From positions 6,455 to 70,454 of the forward strand of contig NHEL02000012.1 of the NCBI GenBank assembly GCA_002172655.2: a DNA stretch of 64,000 nt, given 5' to 3'. The DNA comes from Flavobacteriales bacterium TMED84. GTDB lineage: Bacteria > Bacteroidota > Bacteroidia > Flavobacteriales > BACL11. Position numbers and translations under genes: made by a program. The first letter of the stretch is position 1. Each line of letters begins with the position of its first letter. Of this stretch, positions 39,693 to 49,600 are shown piece after piece. A model generated the notes under the pieces. It was not told the origin of the DNA. It was given only the letters and a program-made list of their open reading frames with translations, and did not search any database.

Positions 39693-40907
39693 ATGAAAGA
39701 CCAAAACTATTACATAGATTTAGAGCTCAAATACGGTGCACATAACTATCATCCAATTCCTGTTGTTCTTTCTAAAGGAAATGGAATATATGTTTGGGAT
39801 GTTGAGGGAAATCGTTATTATGATTTTTTATCTGCTTATTCAGCAGTTAATCAAGGTCATTGTAATGAAAGAATTTTAGATTCACTGACTTCTCAAGCTA
39901 ACAAGCTAACTTTAACCTCAAGAGCTTTTCATAACAACGTACTAGGAGAATATGAAAAATACATAACAAAGTTATTTGGTTTTGATAAGGTATTACCAAT
40001 GAATACTGGAGTTGAAGGTGGTGAGACAGCTAATAAGCTTGCAAGAAAATGGGGATATATTAAAAAAGGCATTAAGGAGAACAAGGCTAGAATCATTTTT
40101 GCTAGAGGAAATTTTTGGGGTAGAACACTTGCAGCAATTTCAAGTTCTGATGATCCATCATCTTACAAAGGATTTGGGCCATATATGCCCGGTTACGATT
40201 TAATTGCTTATAATGATTTAAATGCATTAGAAAATGAACTGAAGGACCCTAATGTATGTGCTTTTATGGTAGAGCCAATACAAGGTGAGGCGGGAGTTAT
40301 TGTGCCAGACTACGGATATTTAAGTTCTGTCAGAAAAATTTGTGATAAATACAATGTTTTATTTATTGCAGATGAGGTTCAAACTGGAATTGGAAGAACT
40401 GGAAAACTTCTTGCTTGTGATCATGAAAATGTTAAACCTGATATTCTAATATTGGGAAAGGCTTTATCTGGAGGAGTTTATCCTGTTTCAGCTGTATTAT
40501 GCAATGATGATGTAATGCTTTGTATTCAGCCAGGTGAGCATGGTTCAACTTTTGGAGGAAATCCACTTGCTTGTGCTGTTGCGAAAACTGCACTTGAGGT
40601 AGTAATTGATGAAAATTTAAGTGACAATGCAAATTTAATGGGAAATATTTTTAGAGATGAGCTTAGTAAAATAAATTCTTCAATTATCAAAGAGATTAGA
40701 GGAAAAGGATTACTCAACGCTATAGAAATAAGAAAAACCTCAAGTATCTCTGCATGGGAAATTTGTATGCTTTTAAAAAACAAAGGATTACTCGCAAAAC
40801 CTACTCATGGAAACATAATTAGGTTTGCTCCACCACTAATCATAAATAAAAAAGAAATACTTGACTGTACTTCGATAATTACTGATGTTTTTAAATCAAT
40901 TGAGTAA
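39693..40907 (+). CDS. rocD: Ornithine--oxo-acid aminotransferase
   Basis: [16 protein letters not shown]...[26 protein letters not shown]-Lys region ILGKALSGG. The ATG at 39693 is preferred over the TTG at 39636, which would add a non-conserved hydrophobic leader overlapping rlmD. Confidence 0.9.
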   Translation: MKDQNYYIDLELKYGAHNYHPIPVVLSKGNGIYVWDVEGNRYYDFLSAYSAVNQGHCNERILDSLTSQANKLTLTSRAFHNNVLGEYEKYITKLFGFDKVLPMNTGVEGGETANKLARKWGYIKKGIKENKARIIFARGNFWGRTLAAISSSDDPSSYKGFGPYMPGYDLIAYNDLNALENELKDPNVCAFMVEPIQGEAGVIVPDYGYLSSVRKICDKYNVLFIADEVQTGIGRTGKLLACDHENVKPDILILGKALSGGVYPVSAVLCNDDVMLCIQPGEHGSTFGGNPLACAVAKTALEVVIDENLSDNANLMGNIFRDELSKINSSIIKEIRGKGLLNAIEIRKTSSISAWEICMLLKNKGLLAKPTHGNIIRFAPPLIINKKEILDCTSIITDVFKSIE

Positions 40908-41090
40908 GCCTTTTGCAAAAAGGTATGGAATGAGTATATAGAGTATAGAATCTCTAACTAAATAATATAGAAAGACAATAACAACTACTTTCCATCCATA
41001 GATTTTAATAAATCCCTTAAACCCTTTTACCTTTAAGACTTGTCTATATTCTTTTAACTTTTTAAAAAGACTATTAACTCCTACTTTCAT
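40896..41090 (-). CDS. Hypothetical 64-aa membrane protein
   Basis: Basic amphipathic N-terminus followed by hydrophobic [13 protein letters not shown]...ILIPYLF. Its start overlaps the mutase stop by 17 nt and its end overlaps the rocD end by 12 nt. No recognised family. Confidence 0.35.
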   Translation of the reverse strand: MKVGVNSLFKKLKEYRQVLKVKGFKGFIKIYGWKVVVIVFLYYLVRDSILYILIPYLFAKGLLN

Positions 41091-43989
41091 TTACATCAAT
41101 TAATTTACTTAATATGTTGCATGCTGACTCTGCAATAATTGAACCTGGTCCAAAAATTAGATCAACTCCAGCATCAATCAGTTTTTTGTGTTGATTTTCG
41201 GGAACTACTCCTCCTAGAACTATTAAAATATCTTCTCTGTTGTATTTTTTTAATAGCCTAATTATCTCTGGTACATTTGTAGTATGTCCTGCTGCTAAAG
41301 ACGAAATTCCAATTATATGAACATCATTTATTAAAGCTTGATTGACCACCTCTTCTGGTGTCTGAAATAATGCTCCAATATCAACATCAAATCCCATGTC
41401 AGAGAACGATGTAGCTACAATTTTTGCTCCTCTATCGTGACCATCTTGTCCCATTTTAGCTACCAAAATTCTAGCTCGTCTTCCTTCAATTTCATAGAAA
41501 TAATCAGAAAGATTCTTTGCTTTTTTAAAATGATGATTGTCTTTTATCTCTTTCATATAAAAACCAGAAATTAAATTATTGGTTGCTGTGTATCTTTTAA
41601 AAACTTTTTCACAAGCACCAATTATCTCTGCAAGTGTTGCTCTTTTTTCTGCAGCTTCGACTGCCAAAGTTAATAGATTTTGCTTTTTTGATTTACATGA
41701 GCTAGTGATTTGTTTTAGAATTTTTGAAACATCACTTTCGTTTCTAATTTTCTTATTTTTTATTAATTTCTTGGTTTGAGTTTTAATAACATTTCTATTA
41801 TCAATTTCTAGCAGATGAAACTTGTTTTTTTTCAAGTTTTTTTCAAATTTATTTAAACCTACTATAATTTCTTTTCCAGAATCAATTTTTGCCTGCTTGA
41901 TGGTTGCTACTTTTTCGATTTTAGTTTTAGGAATTCCACTAGAAATCGCATCTATCATTCCACCATTTTTTTCTATATCTTCAATAATTTCCCAAGATTT
42001 TTTGTAAATTTTATCAGTTAGGTATTCAATATAGTAGCTTCCTCCTAGGGGATCAACAACATCACATATTCCAGTATTAATTTGAAGATATTTTTGAGTG
42101 TCTCTCGCAATTTTTGCTGAAAATTCAGTAGGTAATGCTATAGCTTCATCAAGAGAGTTAGTATGTAAACTTTGAGTTCCTCCTAAAACAGCTCCCAAAG
42201 CTTCAATTGCTGTTCTGCAAATATTGTTATATGGATCTTGTTCAGTTAAACTCCAGCCACTAGTTTGGCAATGAGCTCTAAGTGACATTGATTTTGGATT
42301 TTTTGGATTGAATGATTTTACAATTTTAGCCCATAGTAGTCTTCCAGCTCTCATTTTTGCAATTTCAGTAAAAAAGTTCATTCCGATACCCCAAAAAAAT
42401 GAAATTCTTGGCGCAAAATCATCGATTTTCAAACCTGCTTCTATGCCTGTTCTTAAATATTCTAATCCATTTAAGAGTGTATATGCCAGTTCAATTTCAG
42501 CGCTAGCGCCTGCCTCTTGCATATGATAGCCTGATACTGATATGCAATTAAACTTAGGCATCTCTTTTGAGACATATTTAAAAATATCAGAAATTATTCT
42601 CATTGATGGTTTAGGAGGAAAAATATATGTGTTCCTAACCATAAATTCTTTAAGTATGTCGTTTTGAATAGTTCCTTTGAGATTTTTTATATCAACTCCA
42701 TTTTCTTTTGCACATGCAATGTAAAATGCCATTATTGGAAGTACAGCACCGTTCATTGTCATGGATACTGATATATTATTTAGGTCTATCCCCTCAAAAA
42801 GTTCATTTATATCATCTATTGTGTCTATTGCAACTCCAGCCATACCAACATCTCCCTTGACTCTTTCATTATCTGAATCATAACCTCTGTGTGTAGGTAA
42901 ATCAAAGGCAACTGAAAGACCAGTTTGACCATGAGAAATATTTTTTTTGTAAAAAGCGTTTGAATCTCTAGCTGTAGAAAATCCTGAGTACTGCCTAATA
43001 GTCCATGGCTTATTTGTGTACATAGTGGCATAAGGTCCTCTTAAAAATGGAGGTTCCCCCGATAAAAAATTAATATGTTCCAAACTTGAAATATCATTCT
43101 TTATGAAGTAGTCATATATCTCAATATTTTCATCAGAAATCCAACTTTTTCTTTCGGGTAGTTTGAGATTTTTTTTCTCCTCAAAATTATTATTTACTTT
43201 TTTTTCAATTAGTGAGTTCAAATAAAAAGATCCATTTAGTGGATCTGAAACTTTTTCAATATTTGATTCGTACTTGAGAATATTATAAATATTTTTAACC
43301 AATCGGGATCTTTCGTTCAAGTCAATGGTTTTAATCATGAAATCTGAGCAGGCTAGAAACGAAGATAAAATCTTAAAGCTAGCTGTGTATAGGAAATCCT
43401 CTGTTTTAATTAGAGAATCTTCAATTGTACAAATAATTTGTACTTTTTTTGAATTTTTAAGATTTAGATTTAAACTTTTTAATGTTGCAATTTGGTCAAA
43501 AAACTTGTTTTCAGATTTTACAAATAGAAATAATTTTTTCTTATCTCTTTTCTCATTTATAAATTTTTGTAGTGCATGATTATCATAATTTTCAAAATTG
43601 ATTATACTATTTTCTTCTACAAATTCATAATTAATATTTTTCTTACTACAAAATGATGAAATAGCTTCCCGACTATTTTCAGAAGTCTTAAAAAATAAAA
43701 AATTAGTTTTTTCACACTTTATATCTTTAAAAATTATTTCTGGAGCAGATACATTTTCGATCCATATATTATTAAAGTTTAAATCAATACAATCTATAAT
43801 TCTTTGATTAGTTAGTTCAGGCTTTTTATTATCAATCCATTCATAAGCTTTTGTTTCTTCTTTGAAAATTGTTTGGAAACTTTTCTTTGAATTTTCTGAC
43901 GTAAAAATTATTTCATCAGAAATAAGATTTCTTTCTTTCCATTCTTTGAGAGAATATTTTTTAAACTTTGAAAATGTAAAGTTTTTCAT
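41074..43989 (-). CDS. mutB: Methylmalonyl-CoA mutase, single-chain form (truncated MutA-like N-terminal region + MutB catalytic barrel + B12-binding domain)
   Basis: Catalytic motifs FLRGPYATMY and TIRQYSGF start only near residue 315. B12-binding DxHxxG motif occurs in KMGQDGHDRGAKIVA, plus GISSLAAGH. The N-terminal ~265 aa carry a second, degenerate copy of the DPLGGSYY[IL]E motif (DPLNGSFYLNS). Confidence 0.9.
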   Translation of the reverse strand: MKNFTFSKFKKYSLKEWKERNLISDEIIFTSENSKKSFQTIFKEETKAYEWIDNKKPELTNQRIIDCIDLNFNNIWIENVSAPEIIFKDIKCEKTNFLFFKTSENSREAISSFCSKKNINYEFVEENSIINFENYDNHALQKFINEKRDKKKLFLFVKSENKFFDQIATLKSLNLNLKNSKKVQIICTIEDSLIKTEDFLYTASFKILSSFLACSDFMIKTIDLNERSRLVKNIYNILKYESNIEKVSDPLNGSFYLNSLIEKKVNNNFEEKKNLKLPERKSWISDENIEIYDYFIKNDISSLEHINFLSGEPPFLRGPYATMYTNKPWTIRQYSGFSTARDSNAFYKKNISHGQTGLSVAFDLPTHRGYDSDNERVKGDVGMAGVAIDTIDDINELFEGIDLNNISVSMTMNGAVLPIMAFYIACAKENGVDIKNLKGTIQNDILKEFMVRNTYIFPPKPSMRIISDIFKYVSKEMPKFNCISVSGYHMQEAGASAEIELAYTLLNGLEYLRTGIEAGLKIDDFAPRISFFWGIGMNFFTEIAKMRAGRLLWAKIVKSFNPKNPKSMSLRAHCQTSGWSLTEQDPYNNICRTAIEALGAVLGGTQSLHTNSLDEAIALPTEFSAKIARDTQKYLQINTGICDVVDPLGGSYYIEYLTDKIYKKSWEIIEDIEKNGGMIDAISSGIPKTKIEKVATIKQAKIDSGKEIIVGLNKFEKNLKKNKFHLLEIDNRNVIKTQTKKLIKNKKIRNESDVSKILKQITSSCKSKKQNLLTLAVEAAEKRATLAEIIGACEKVFKRYTATNNLISGFYMKEIKDNHHFKKAKNLSDYFYEIEGRRARILVAKMGQDGHDRGAKIVATSFSDMGFDVDIGALFQTPEEVVNQALINDVHIIGISSLAAGHTTNVPEIIRLLKKYNREDILIVLGGVVPENQHKKLIDAGVDLIFGPGSIIAESACNILSKLIDVNESRS

Positions 43990-43994
43990 TTTCT

Positions 43995-44300
43995 TTATTC
44001 TTTAATTATATAAATATCTTCATTTTCTTTTCTCATTAAGTATCTCTCTCTTGCAAACTTTTCTTGGTATTTTTTATCATTAGTTAGCTTGTAAAGCTCA
44101 ACACTATCTTTTCTTATTTCATTAATATAAAACTCTTTTTCTTCGTTAAGTTTTTTTTCATCTATGTAAAGCTTTCTTAAGTTAAGAATGTTGTAACTAT
44201 CTAAAAATGTCATCCAAAAAAGAAAAACTATAAAAGTTATCAGATATTTATTTTTTAAAGGACTCGGAATTCTTGATAAGAATTTAAATTTTAAATCCAT
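43995..44300 (-). CDS. Septum formation initiator family protein (FtsB/DivIC-like)
   Basis: 101 aa. One N-terminal TM helix followed by a coiled coil (LRKLYIDEKKLNEEKEFYINEI) and ARERYLMRKENEDIY. Confidence 0.7.
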   Translation of the reverse strand: MDLKFKFLSRIPSPLKNKYLITFIVFLFWMTFLDSYNILNLRKLYIDEKKLNEEKEFYINEIRKDSVELYKLTNDKKYQEKFARERYLMRKENEDIYIIKE

Positions 44301-44326
44301 TTAACAAATATAAATAAACTATTTTT

Positions 44327-45034
44327 TTACTTTCCAATTAAAAAAATTGCTGGTTGTTTAGGTAGCTTGAAAATTATTTTTTTCCAGTGACCTATTTTTT
44401 TTGTTTGTATTATCTCATCATTAGATGTTAAATTTACTGCACAACATAGATGCAGATGTTCATCACAATTTTTAATCAGATCCTCAAAAGTTTTTTGATT
44501 TCTGAAGGGTGTTTCAATAAAAATTTGTGTTTCATCATTTTTTATTACTTTTTTTTGAGCTAGATGAATTTCTTTTTTTCTGTTAACTATATCAATTGAA
44601 AGATATCCAAAAAAAGAAAACTTTTGACCGTTTAATCCTGAAGATGATAGTGCTAAAATTATAGAAGATGGACCAATTAGAGGAATGACTTTTATATTTT
44701 TTTCGTGAGCAAATTTTAATATCATACTACCAGGATCAGCTACGCACGGATATCCACTTTCTGAAAGAATTCCAATATTTTTCTTTTCGGTTAATGTTTT
44801 TAAAATTTCACTTTGAAAATTAAATCTATTGTGTTTATTTATCAGAAAAAAAGTTGCTTTATCAATATTTTTATTGTTGTCTAACTTTTTAATAAATCTT
44901 CTAGCAGTTCTAATATTCTCAACTATGAAAAATTCTAGTGATTTTACTATTTCAATCAAGTGATTGTTTATCATATTAACACTTGATTTTTTTGAAATTT
45001 GTGAGGGAATTATGTAGATGCTACCTTGATTCAA
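44327..45034 (-). CDS. SAM-dependent methyltransferase, tetrapyrrole-methylase (RsmI-like) superfamily
   Basis: SESGYPCVADPG and IPLIGPSSIILALSSSG motifs are typical of the TP_methylase fold. 235 aa. Confidence 0.7.
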   Translation of the reverse strand: MNQGSIYIIPSQISKKSSVNMINNHLIEIVKSLEFFIVENIRTARRFIKKLDNNKNIDKATFFLINKHNRFNFQSEILKTLTEKKNIGILSESGYPCVADPGSMILKFAHEKNIKVIPLIGPSSIILALSSSGLNGQKFSFFGYLSIDIVNRKKEIHLAQKKVIKNDETQIFIETPFRNQKTFEDLIKNCDEHLHLCCAVNLTSNDEIIQTKKIGHWKKIIFKLPKQPAIFLIGK

Positions 45035-45470
45035 TTTTGTTTGCTATCTTTTGGCAGATTTTATCTAACAAATTAAAAACTTTCTCAAAATCATCTAAAT
45101 CACCATAATATGGATCAGGGACAAAGGAATCAGAGTCAAGTATATCAGTAATTAAGATAACTTTTGATGCCTCGTTCTTGTTTTCTGCCAAACCAATGAC
45201 ATCATTAAAATTATTTTTATCCATTACATAGATTTTATCAAAATTTATAAAATCAGAGCGTTCAAATTTTCTAGCTCTTAAAGTACTTATGTCGATATTA
45301 TTTTTTTTTGCAATGTCAATTGCTCTGGGATCTGGTTTACTGCCAACATGATATCCTGCTGTTCCAGCTGAATCAATTGTTACTTTCATTTTTGAGATCT
45401 TGCTACTAAGTATTCCTTCAGCTAATGGAGATCTACAAATATTGCCAAGGCAAACCATTAAAATTTTCAT
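45021..45470 (-). CDS. Low-molecular-weight protein-tyrosine phosphatase
   Basis: Active site CLGNICRSP (C-X5-R-S). DPYY general-acid region. 149 aa. Confidence 0.9.
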   Translation of the reverse strand: MKILMVCLGNICRSPLAEGILSSKISKMKVTIDSAGTAGYHVGSKPDPRAIDIAKKNNIDISTLRARKFERSDFINFDKIYVMDKNNFNDVIGLAENKNEASKVILITDILDSDSFVPDPYYGDLDDFEKVFNLLDKICQKIANKIESR

Positions 45471-46901
45471 TTAAGAAATTGTTAGACGTTTTTCTATGTC
45501 AGAAATGTACCCTTTAAATCTTTTGTCAGTGTCTGCGAGATTATTAACAGTTTTGCACGCATGCAGAACGGTAGCGTGGTCTTTATTGCCACAATGTTTT
45601 CCAATCATAGCAAGTGAATTTTTAGTAAGCTGTTTTGCAAAATACATTGCGAGTTGTCTGCACTGAACAATTTCCCTTTTTCTGGTTTTTGATTTCATTA
45701 TTTCAATGGGTATGTCAAAATAGTCACAAATTACTTTTTGAATATAATCGATAGAAACTTCTTTTACAGTGTTTCTAACAAATTTATCAAGCATATTTCT
45801 TGCCAGGTCAATATTAATATCCTTCTTATTTAAAGAAGCCTGCGCAAGTAATGAAATTAGAGCCCCTTCAAGTTCTCTTACATTAGTAGTAATTGAGTAA
45901 GCTATATACTCAATAACTTCATTTGAAATTTCAATTCCATCTTTTTTAATTTTTTTTCTTAAAATGGCTAATCTTGTTTCAAGTCCAGGAGCTTGAAGAT
46001 CAGCAGAAAGCCCCCATTTAAATCTTGAGAGTAATCTTTGTTCCATGCCAATTATGTCTACTGGAGCTTTGTCAGAGGTTAAAATTATTTGTTTTCCATT
46101 CTGATGTAAATGATTGAAGATATGAAAAAATACGTCTTGAGTTTTCTCTTTACCACTTAAAAATTGAACATCGTCAATAATCAATAAATCAATAGACTGA
46201 TAAAAGTGAACAAAATCATTTTTCTTGTTGTCCATTATTGCATCAATAAATTGAGTTTGGAACTTGTCTGCAGAAACATATAAAACTGTTTTTTCGGGAT
46301 CTAGATTCTTTGCTTCAATTCCAATTGCATTTGCTAAATGAGTTTTTCCTAGTCCGCCACTACCGTATATGAAAAGTGGATTAAATGAGGTTCCTCCAGG
46401 ATCTTGAGCAACAGCATATCCAGCAGATCTGGCTAATCTATTGCATTCTCCTTCAACAAAAGCATCGAACGTGTATGATTTATTTAACTGTGGATTTATG
46501 TTTATTTTTTGAAGTCCAGGAATTATAAATGGATTTCTAATTTTATTAGTACTTAAGTTCATTGGAATACTAACTGGATTATTTTGTATATCTTTTTGAT
46601 TAGAACTTGGTATTTTAGAAACGTAAGGCTTGGATTTTGATGAGTTTTCAAGAACAACATGATACTCTAATTTACCTTCTTTGCCTAATTCTTTTTTTAT
46701 TGTCTTTTTGAGAAGAGTTATATAGTTTTCTTCTAACCACTCATAAAAAAACTGACTTGGTACTTGAATTGTTAATATATTGTCTTTAATGCTAACTGGT
46801 AAAATTGGTTCAAACCATATTTTGAAATTTTGGTGACTTACATTGCTTCTTATTACTGTAAGACAATTGTTCCATATTTCTTCATGATTTGTCAATCCCA
46901 T
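45471..46901 (-). CDS. dnaA: Chromosomal replication initiator protein DnaA
   Basis: AAA+ Walker A GSGGLGKTHL, Walker B LLIIDDVQFL. Domain IV VQCRQLAMYF...GNKDHATVLHA. Confidence 0.97.
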   Translation of the reverse strand: MGLTNHEEIWNNCLTVIRSNVSHQNFKIWFEPILPVSIKDNILTIQVPSQFFYEWLEENYITLLKKTIKKELGKEGKLEYHVVLENSSKSKPYVSKIPSSNQKDIQNNPVSIPMNLSTNKIRNPFIIPGLQKININPQLNKSYTFDAFVEGECNRLARSAGYAVAQDPGGTSFNPLFIYGSGGLGKTHLANAIGIEAKNLDPEKTVLYVSADKFQTQFIDAIMDNKKNDFVHFYQSIDLLIIDDVQFLSGKEKTQDVFFHIFNHLHQNGKQIILTSDKAPVDIIGMEQRLLSRFKWGLSADLQAPGLETRLAILRKKIKKDGIEISNEVIEYIAYSITTNVRELEGALISLLAQASLNKKDINIDLARNMLDKFVRNTVKEVSIDYIQKVICDYFDIPIEIMKSKTRKREIVQCRQLAMYFAKQLTKNSLAMIGKHCGNKDHATVLHACKTVNNLADTDKRFKGYISDIEKRLTIS

Positions 46902-47125
46902 TAAATGTAATAATTCTTGTTTTGGTTAAAAATTAGAAGTCTAAAATTAGTTCAGATTTCTTAACAATTTGGTTTAGTTATTAACAAATTGCATAGCAAA
47001 TATTAAAAACTATTCTTTAAAATGAAAGTTAAAAAAGAAAAATTTTTTGTTTTTTTTTTTTGTTATAAGATTTATCATATTTTCTGATTAGAGACTAAAA
47101 ATTTATTTGGTTGATGAACTTTATT

Positions 47126-48043
47126 TTAAGAAAAATTCAAACTTTTTATATCCTCCAAAGTCGAAATCACTTTTCTAATTTCGTTTTTTTTGTTAAAAAT
47201 AAAATCCAATCGGCCTAACTTTATGCCACCATAGCCTGCTTGGGATACAACTATTTTTTTATTTATTTGATTGTTAACAATTATAGCTTTTTCAAGAAAT
47301 GAATGAGTGTGACCCCCAATAATTAAATCTATGTACGAAGAGTTTTTAGCAACTTTTAAATCAGAAACTTTTTCGCTTTTGTACTCTAATCCTAAGTGTG
47401 ATAGACAAATTATCATGTCACAACCATAATCAAATTTTAGTTTACTTGAAACTTTATTTGCGACTTCAATTGGATCATTATATATTGTATCTCCATATAG
47501 TTTTTTTTGAACTAGTCCATCTAATTCAACTCCTAAGCCGAAGACTCCAACTTTTAATTGATCTTTTTTAAAGATTTTAAATTTTCTGATTTTTCCATTT
47601 AAAATTGTATTACTGAAATCATAATTTGAATTGATGAAGCTAAATTTTGCATAAATTAATTTGTCATTTAGTCCGCTAATCCCGTTATCAAAATCATGAT
47701 TTCCAAGAGTAGCTGCATCATAGTTCATTTCACTCATAAGTTTGAATTCAATTTGACCACCAAAAAAATTAAAATAAGGGGTTCCTTGAAAAATATCTCC
47801 TGCATCAAACAAAAGAATATTATCATTTTTTTTTCTTAGATTTTTTATTAATGTAGCCCTCTCAGCCATTCCTCCAAGATCTTTGTATTTTCCAGATTTA
47901 AAAGGGAAAATCTGTGAATGCATATCGTTTGTGTGTAGTATTGTTAATCTTTTACTATTCTCATGTAAATTAATATTACTTAAGGGTAAAGATAGGCCAG
48001 TTGAAGCTAACAAAGTTTTATAAATAAATTTTTTTCTATTCAT
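47126..48043 (-). CDS. Metallophosphoesterase domain protein of the 5'-nucleotidase (UshA) family
   Basis: Signal-like N-terminus. Motifs HTNDMHS, GDIFQGT, GNHDFD, GGHTH. Confidence 0.85.
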   Translation of the reverse strand: MNRKKFIYKTLLASTGLSLPLSNINLHENSKRLTILHTNDMHSQIFPFKSGKYKDLGGMAERATLIKNLRKKNDNILLFDAGDIFQGTPYFNFFGGQIEFKLMSEMNYDAATLGNHDFDNGISGLNDKLIYAKFSFINSNYDFSNTILNGKIRKFKIFKKDQLKVGVFGLGVELDGLVQKKLYGDTIYNDPIEVANKVSSKLKFDYGCDMIICLSHLGLEYKSEKVSDLKVAKNSSYIDLIIGGHTHSFLEKAIIVNNQINKKIVVSQAGYGGIKLGRLDFIFNKKNEIRKVISTLEDIKSLNFS

Positions 48044-48737
48044 GTATAAATATTCTGTTGTCCAATGATGATGTTATTGAATCCTTTTCCTTGCAGTGCT
48101 CAATAATTAAGTCTCTTAACATTAAATTAAGATTATTTACTTCTTTGTCTATAAAGAAACTCATATCATCACCTCCACTTGCTAAATAGTCGCTAGTCAG
48201 CACATAAAAAGTATCTTTTTTGAAATTTAAGTTGTGATTTATAACTTCTTCATTTTTTATTTCGATTCTAAGTTTTGAAATTGGATCTCCACCTTTTTTT
48301 TGAATATATTTAAATATTTCAAGTATATCATTTTTTAATAACTTAACTATCACCATTTTATTATCAAATGGCATCAATTTGTATATATCTCCTAATTTGA
48401 TATTGCCTGCGTGTAATGATGATCTTAGACCACCGCTGTTTAATAAACAAAAGTCTATATGATTATAACTAGATGTTTTTTGAACACAAAGGTCAGCTAC
48501 GAAATTCCCTAATAAACTCTCAGGGTTTCCCTTGTGCATATCTAACTTATTGAAGCATACAATCTCGTTCATTTTACTATCTATTATTTTTTTGTAGGGT
48601 CTAATCATTTCTAGACTAATTGAGTCAGGCTCAACATTTACATCTAAATATGAATTGTTTGAAGATTCAATATTATATTCAGATTGGCATGAAAAAAGTG
48701 TAAATAGAAAAAATATGCCGATAAAAATATTTTTCAT
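48036..48737 (-). CDS. 5'-nucleotidase C-terminal (substrate-binding) domain lipoprotein
   Basis: Own signal peptide with lipobox LFSCQ. NFVADL...GGLRS...GDIYKLMPFDN pattern of the 5_nucleotid_C domain. Confidence 0.8.
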   Translation of the reverse strand: MKNIFIGIFFLFTLFSCQSEYNIESSNNSYLDVNVEPDSISLEMIRPYKKIIDSKMNEIVCFNKLDMHKGNPESLLGNFVADLCVQKTSSYNHIDFCLLNSGGLRSSLHAGNIKLGDIYKLMPFDNKMVIVKLLKNDILEIFKYIQKKGGDPISKLRIEIKNEEVINHNLNFKKDTFYVLTSDYLASGGDDMSFFIDKEVNNLNLMLRDLIIEHCKEKDSITSSLDNRIFIHE

Positions 48738-49591
48738 TTTGATATAATACTTAATGATGACTCAATCATTTTATCTATAATTTTTTTTGGATCTTTTTTA
48801 AAAGTTTTAATATTTCTATTACTAAGAACAGAGCAGATTGTAATTGGCTTGTGACCAAGCATTTTACTCAAAAAGTAAATCGCTGAACTTTCCATTTCGA
48901 AATTTAGAATTTTTAAATTATCAAATTCGAACTTTTCTAGTTTTTTGTGTAAATCTTTGATACTAGAGTTTAGTCTAAGATTTCTTCCTTGTGGTGCGTA
49001 GAAACCTGTTGCAGTAATTGTAATTCCAGCTTTGAACGAACTGAACTTTTTTATTAAGTCATTATCACAGGAAACACAATATGGAAGAGAAAACACATCC
49101 GGCCAATTTATATTTGATCTAAACTTTTCTGCAATTTGAGTATTAAGAAAATCCTCACTTTCATAATAGTATGCAAGTCCATCTAGCCCAATTGAGTATT
49201 GTGAAACGACAATTTCATCATCATACTTTTGAATACCTCCACTAGTTCCCAATCTATAAATATTCAGAGATTTTTTTTTCAAACAAACTTTTCTTGTGGA
49301 AAAATTAATGTTAGCAAGTGCATCAAGCTCATTAATTACAATGTCAATATTGTCGGTGCCAATACCAGAGGAAATAATTAAAATTTCTTTATTGTTGAAA
49401 CTTCCTTTACATGAGTAAAACTCTCTATTTTTTCTAAAGAAATGTATTTCATCTAATTTTTCAGCAATCACTTTTACTCTTAAAGGATCACCAACAAGAA
49501 TCACATCTCTACAAATATCCTCTGGTTTTAAATTGAGATGATAGATTCTACCATCATTAATAATTAGTTCAGAATCAAGAAAAACACTCAT
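48734..49591 (-). CDS. Nucleoside phosphorylase (PNP/UDP family 1)
   Basis: GDPLRV..., SSGIGTDNIDIV, RLGTSGG, and FEMESSAIY near the C-terminus. 4-nt overlap with the upstream 5'-nucleotidase gene. Confidence 0.75.
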   Translation of the reverse strand: MSVFLDSELIINDGRIYHLNLKPEDICRDVILVGDPLRVKVIAEKLDEIHFFRKNREFYSCKGSFNNKEILIISSGIGTDNIDIVINELDALANINFSTRKVCLKKKSLNIYRLGTSGGIQKYDDEIVVSQYSIGLDGLAYYYESEDFLNTQIAEKFRSNINWPDVFSLPYCVSCDNDLIKKFSSFKAGITITATGFYAPQGRNLRLNSSIKDLHKKLEKFEFDNLKILNFEMESSAIYFLSKMLGHKPITICSVLSNRNIKTFKKDPKKIIDKMIESSLSIISK

Positions 49592-49600
49592 ATAAAAATG

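Noticed and set aside
46902-47125. Possible oriC in the 224-nt gap upstream of dnaA (very AT-rich, T12 run at about 47050-47061, repeated TTAACAA words).
   Set aside because: I could not find a single good match to the DnaA box consensus TTATCCACA/TGTGGATAA on either strand; the best is TTATCATAT. There is no strand switch of gene orientation here, because genes on both sides are on the minus strand. AT-richness alone is uninformative in this genome. GC-skew and genome-wide DnaA-box clustering would be needed.
47126-48737. The two 5'-nucleotidase-related ORFs as another frameshifted single gene.
   Set aside because: The domain order is reversed relative to single-chain UshA. The upstream ORF has its own lipoprotein signal peptide and the downstream one its own N-terminal signal-like segment. 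The 8-nt overlap contains proper stop and start codons and no homopolymer. These are genuine separate genes.
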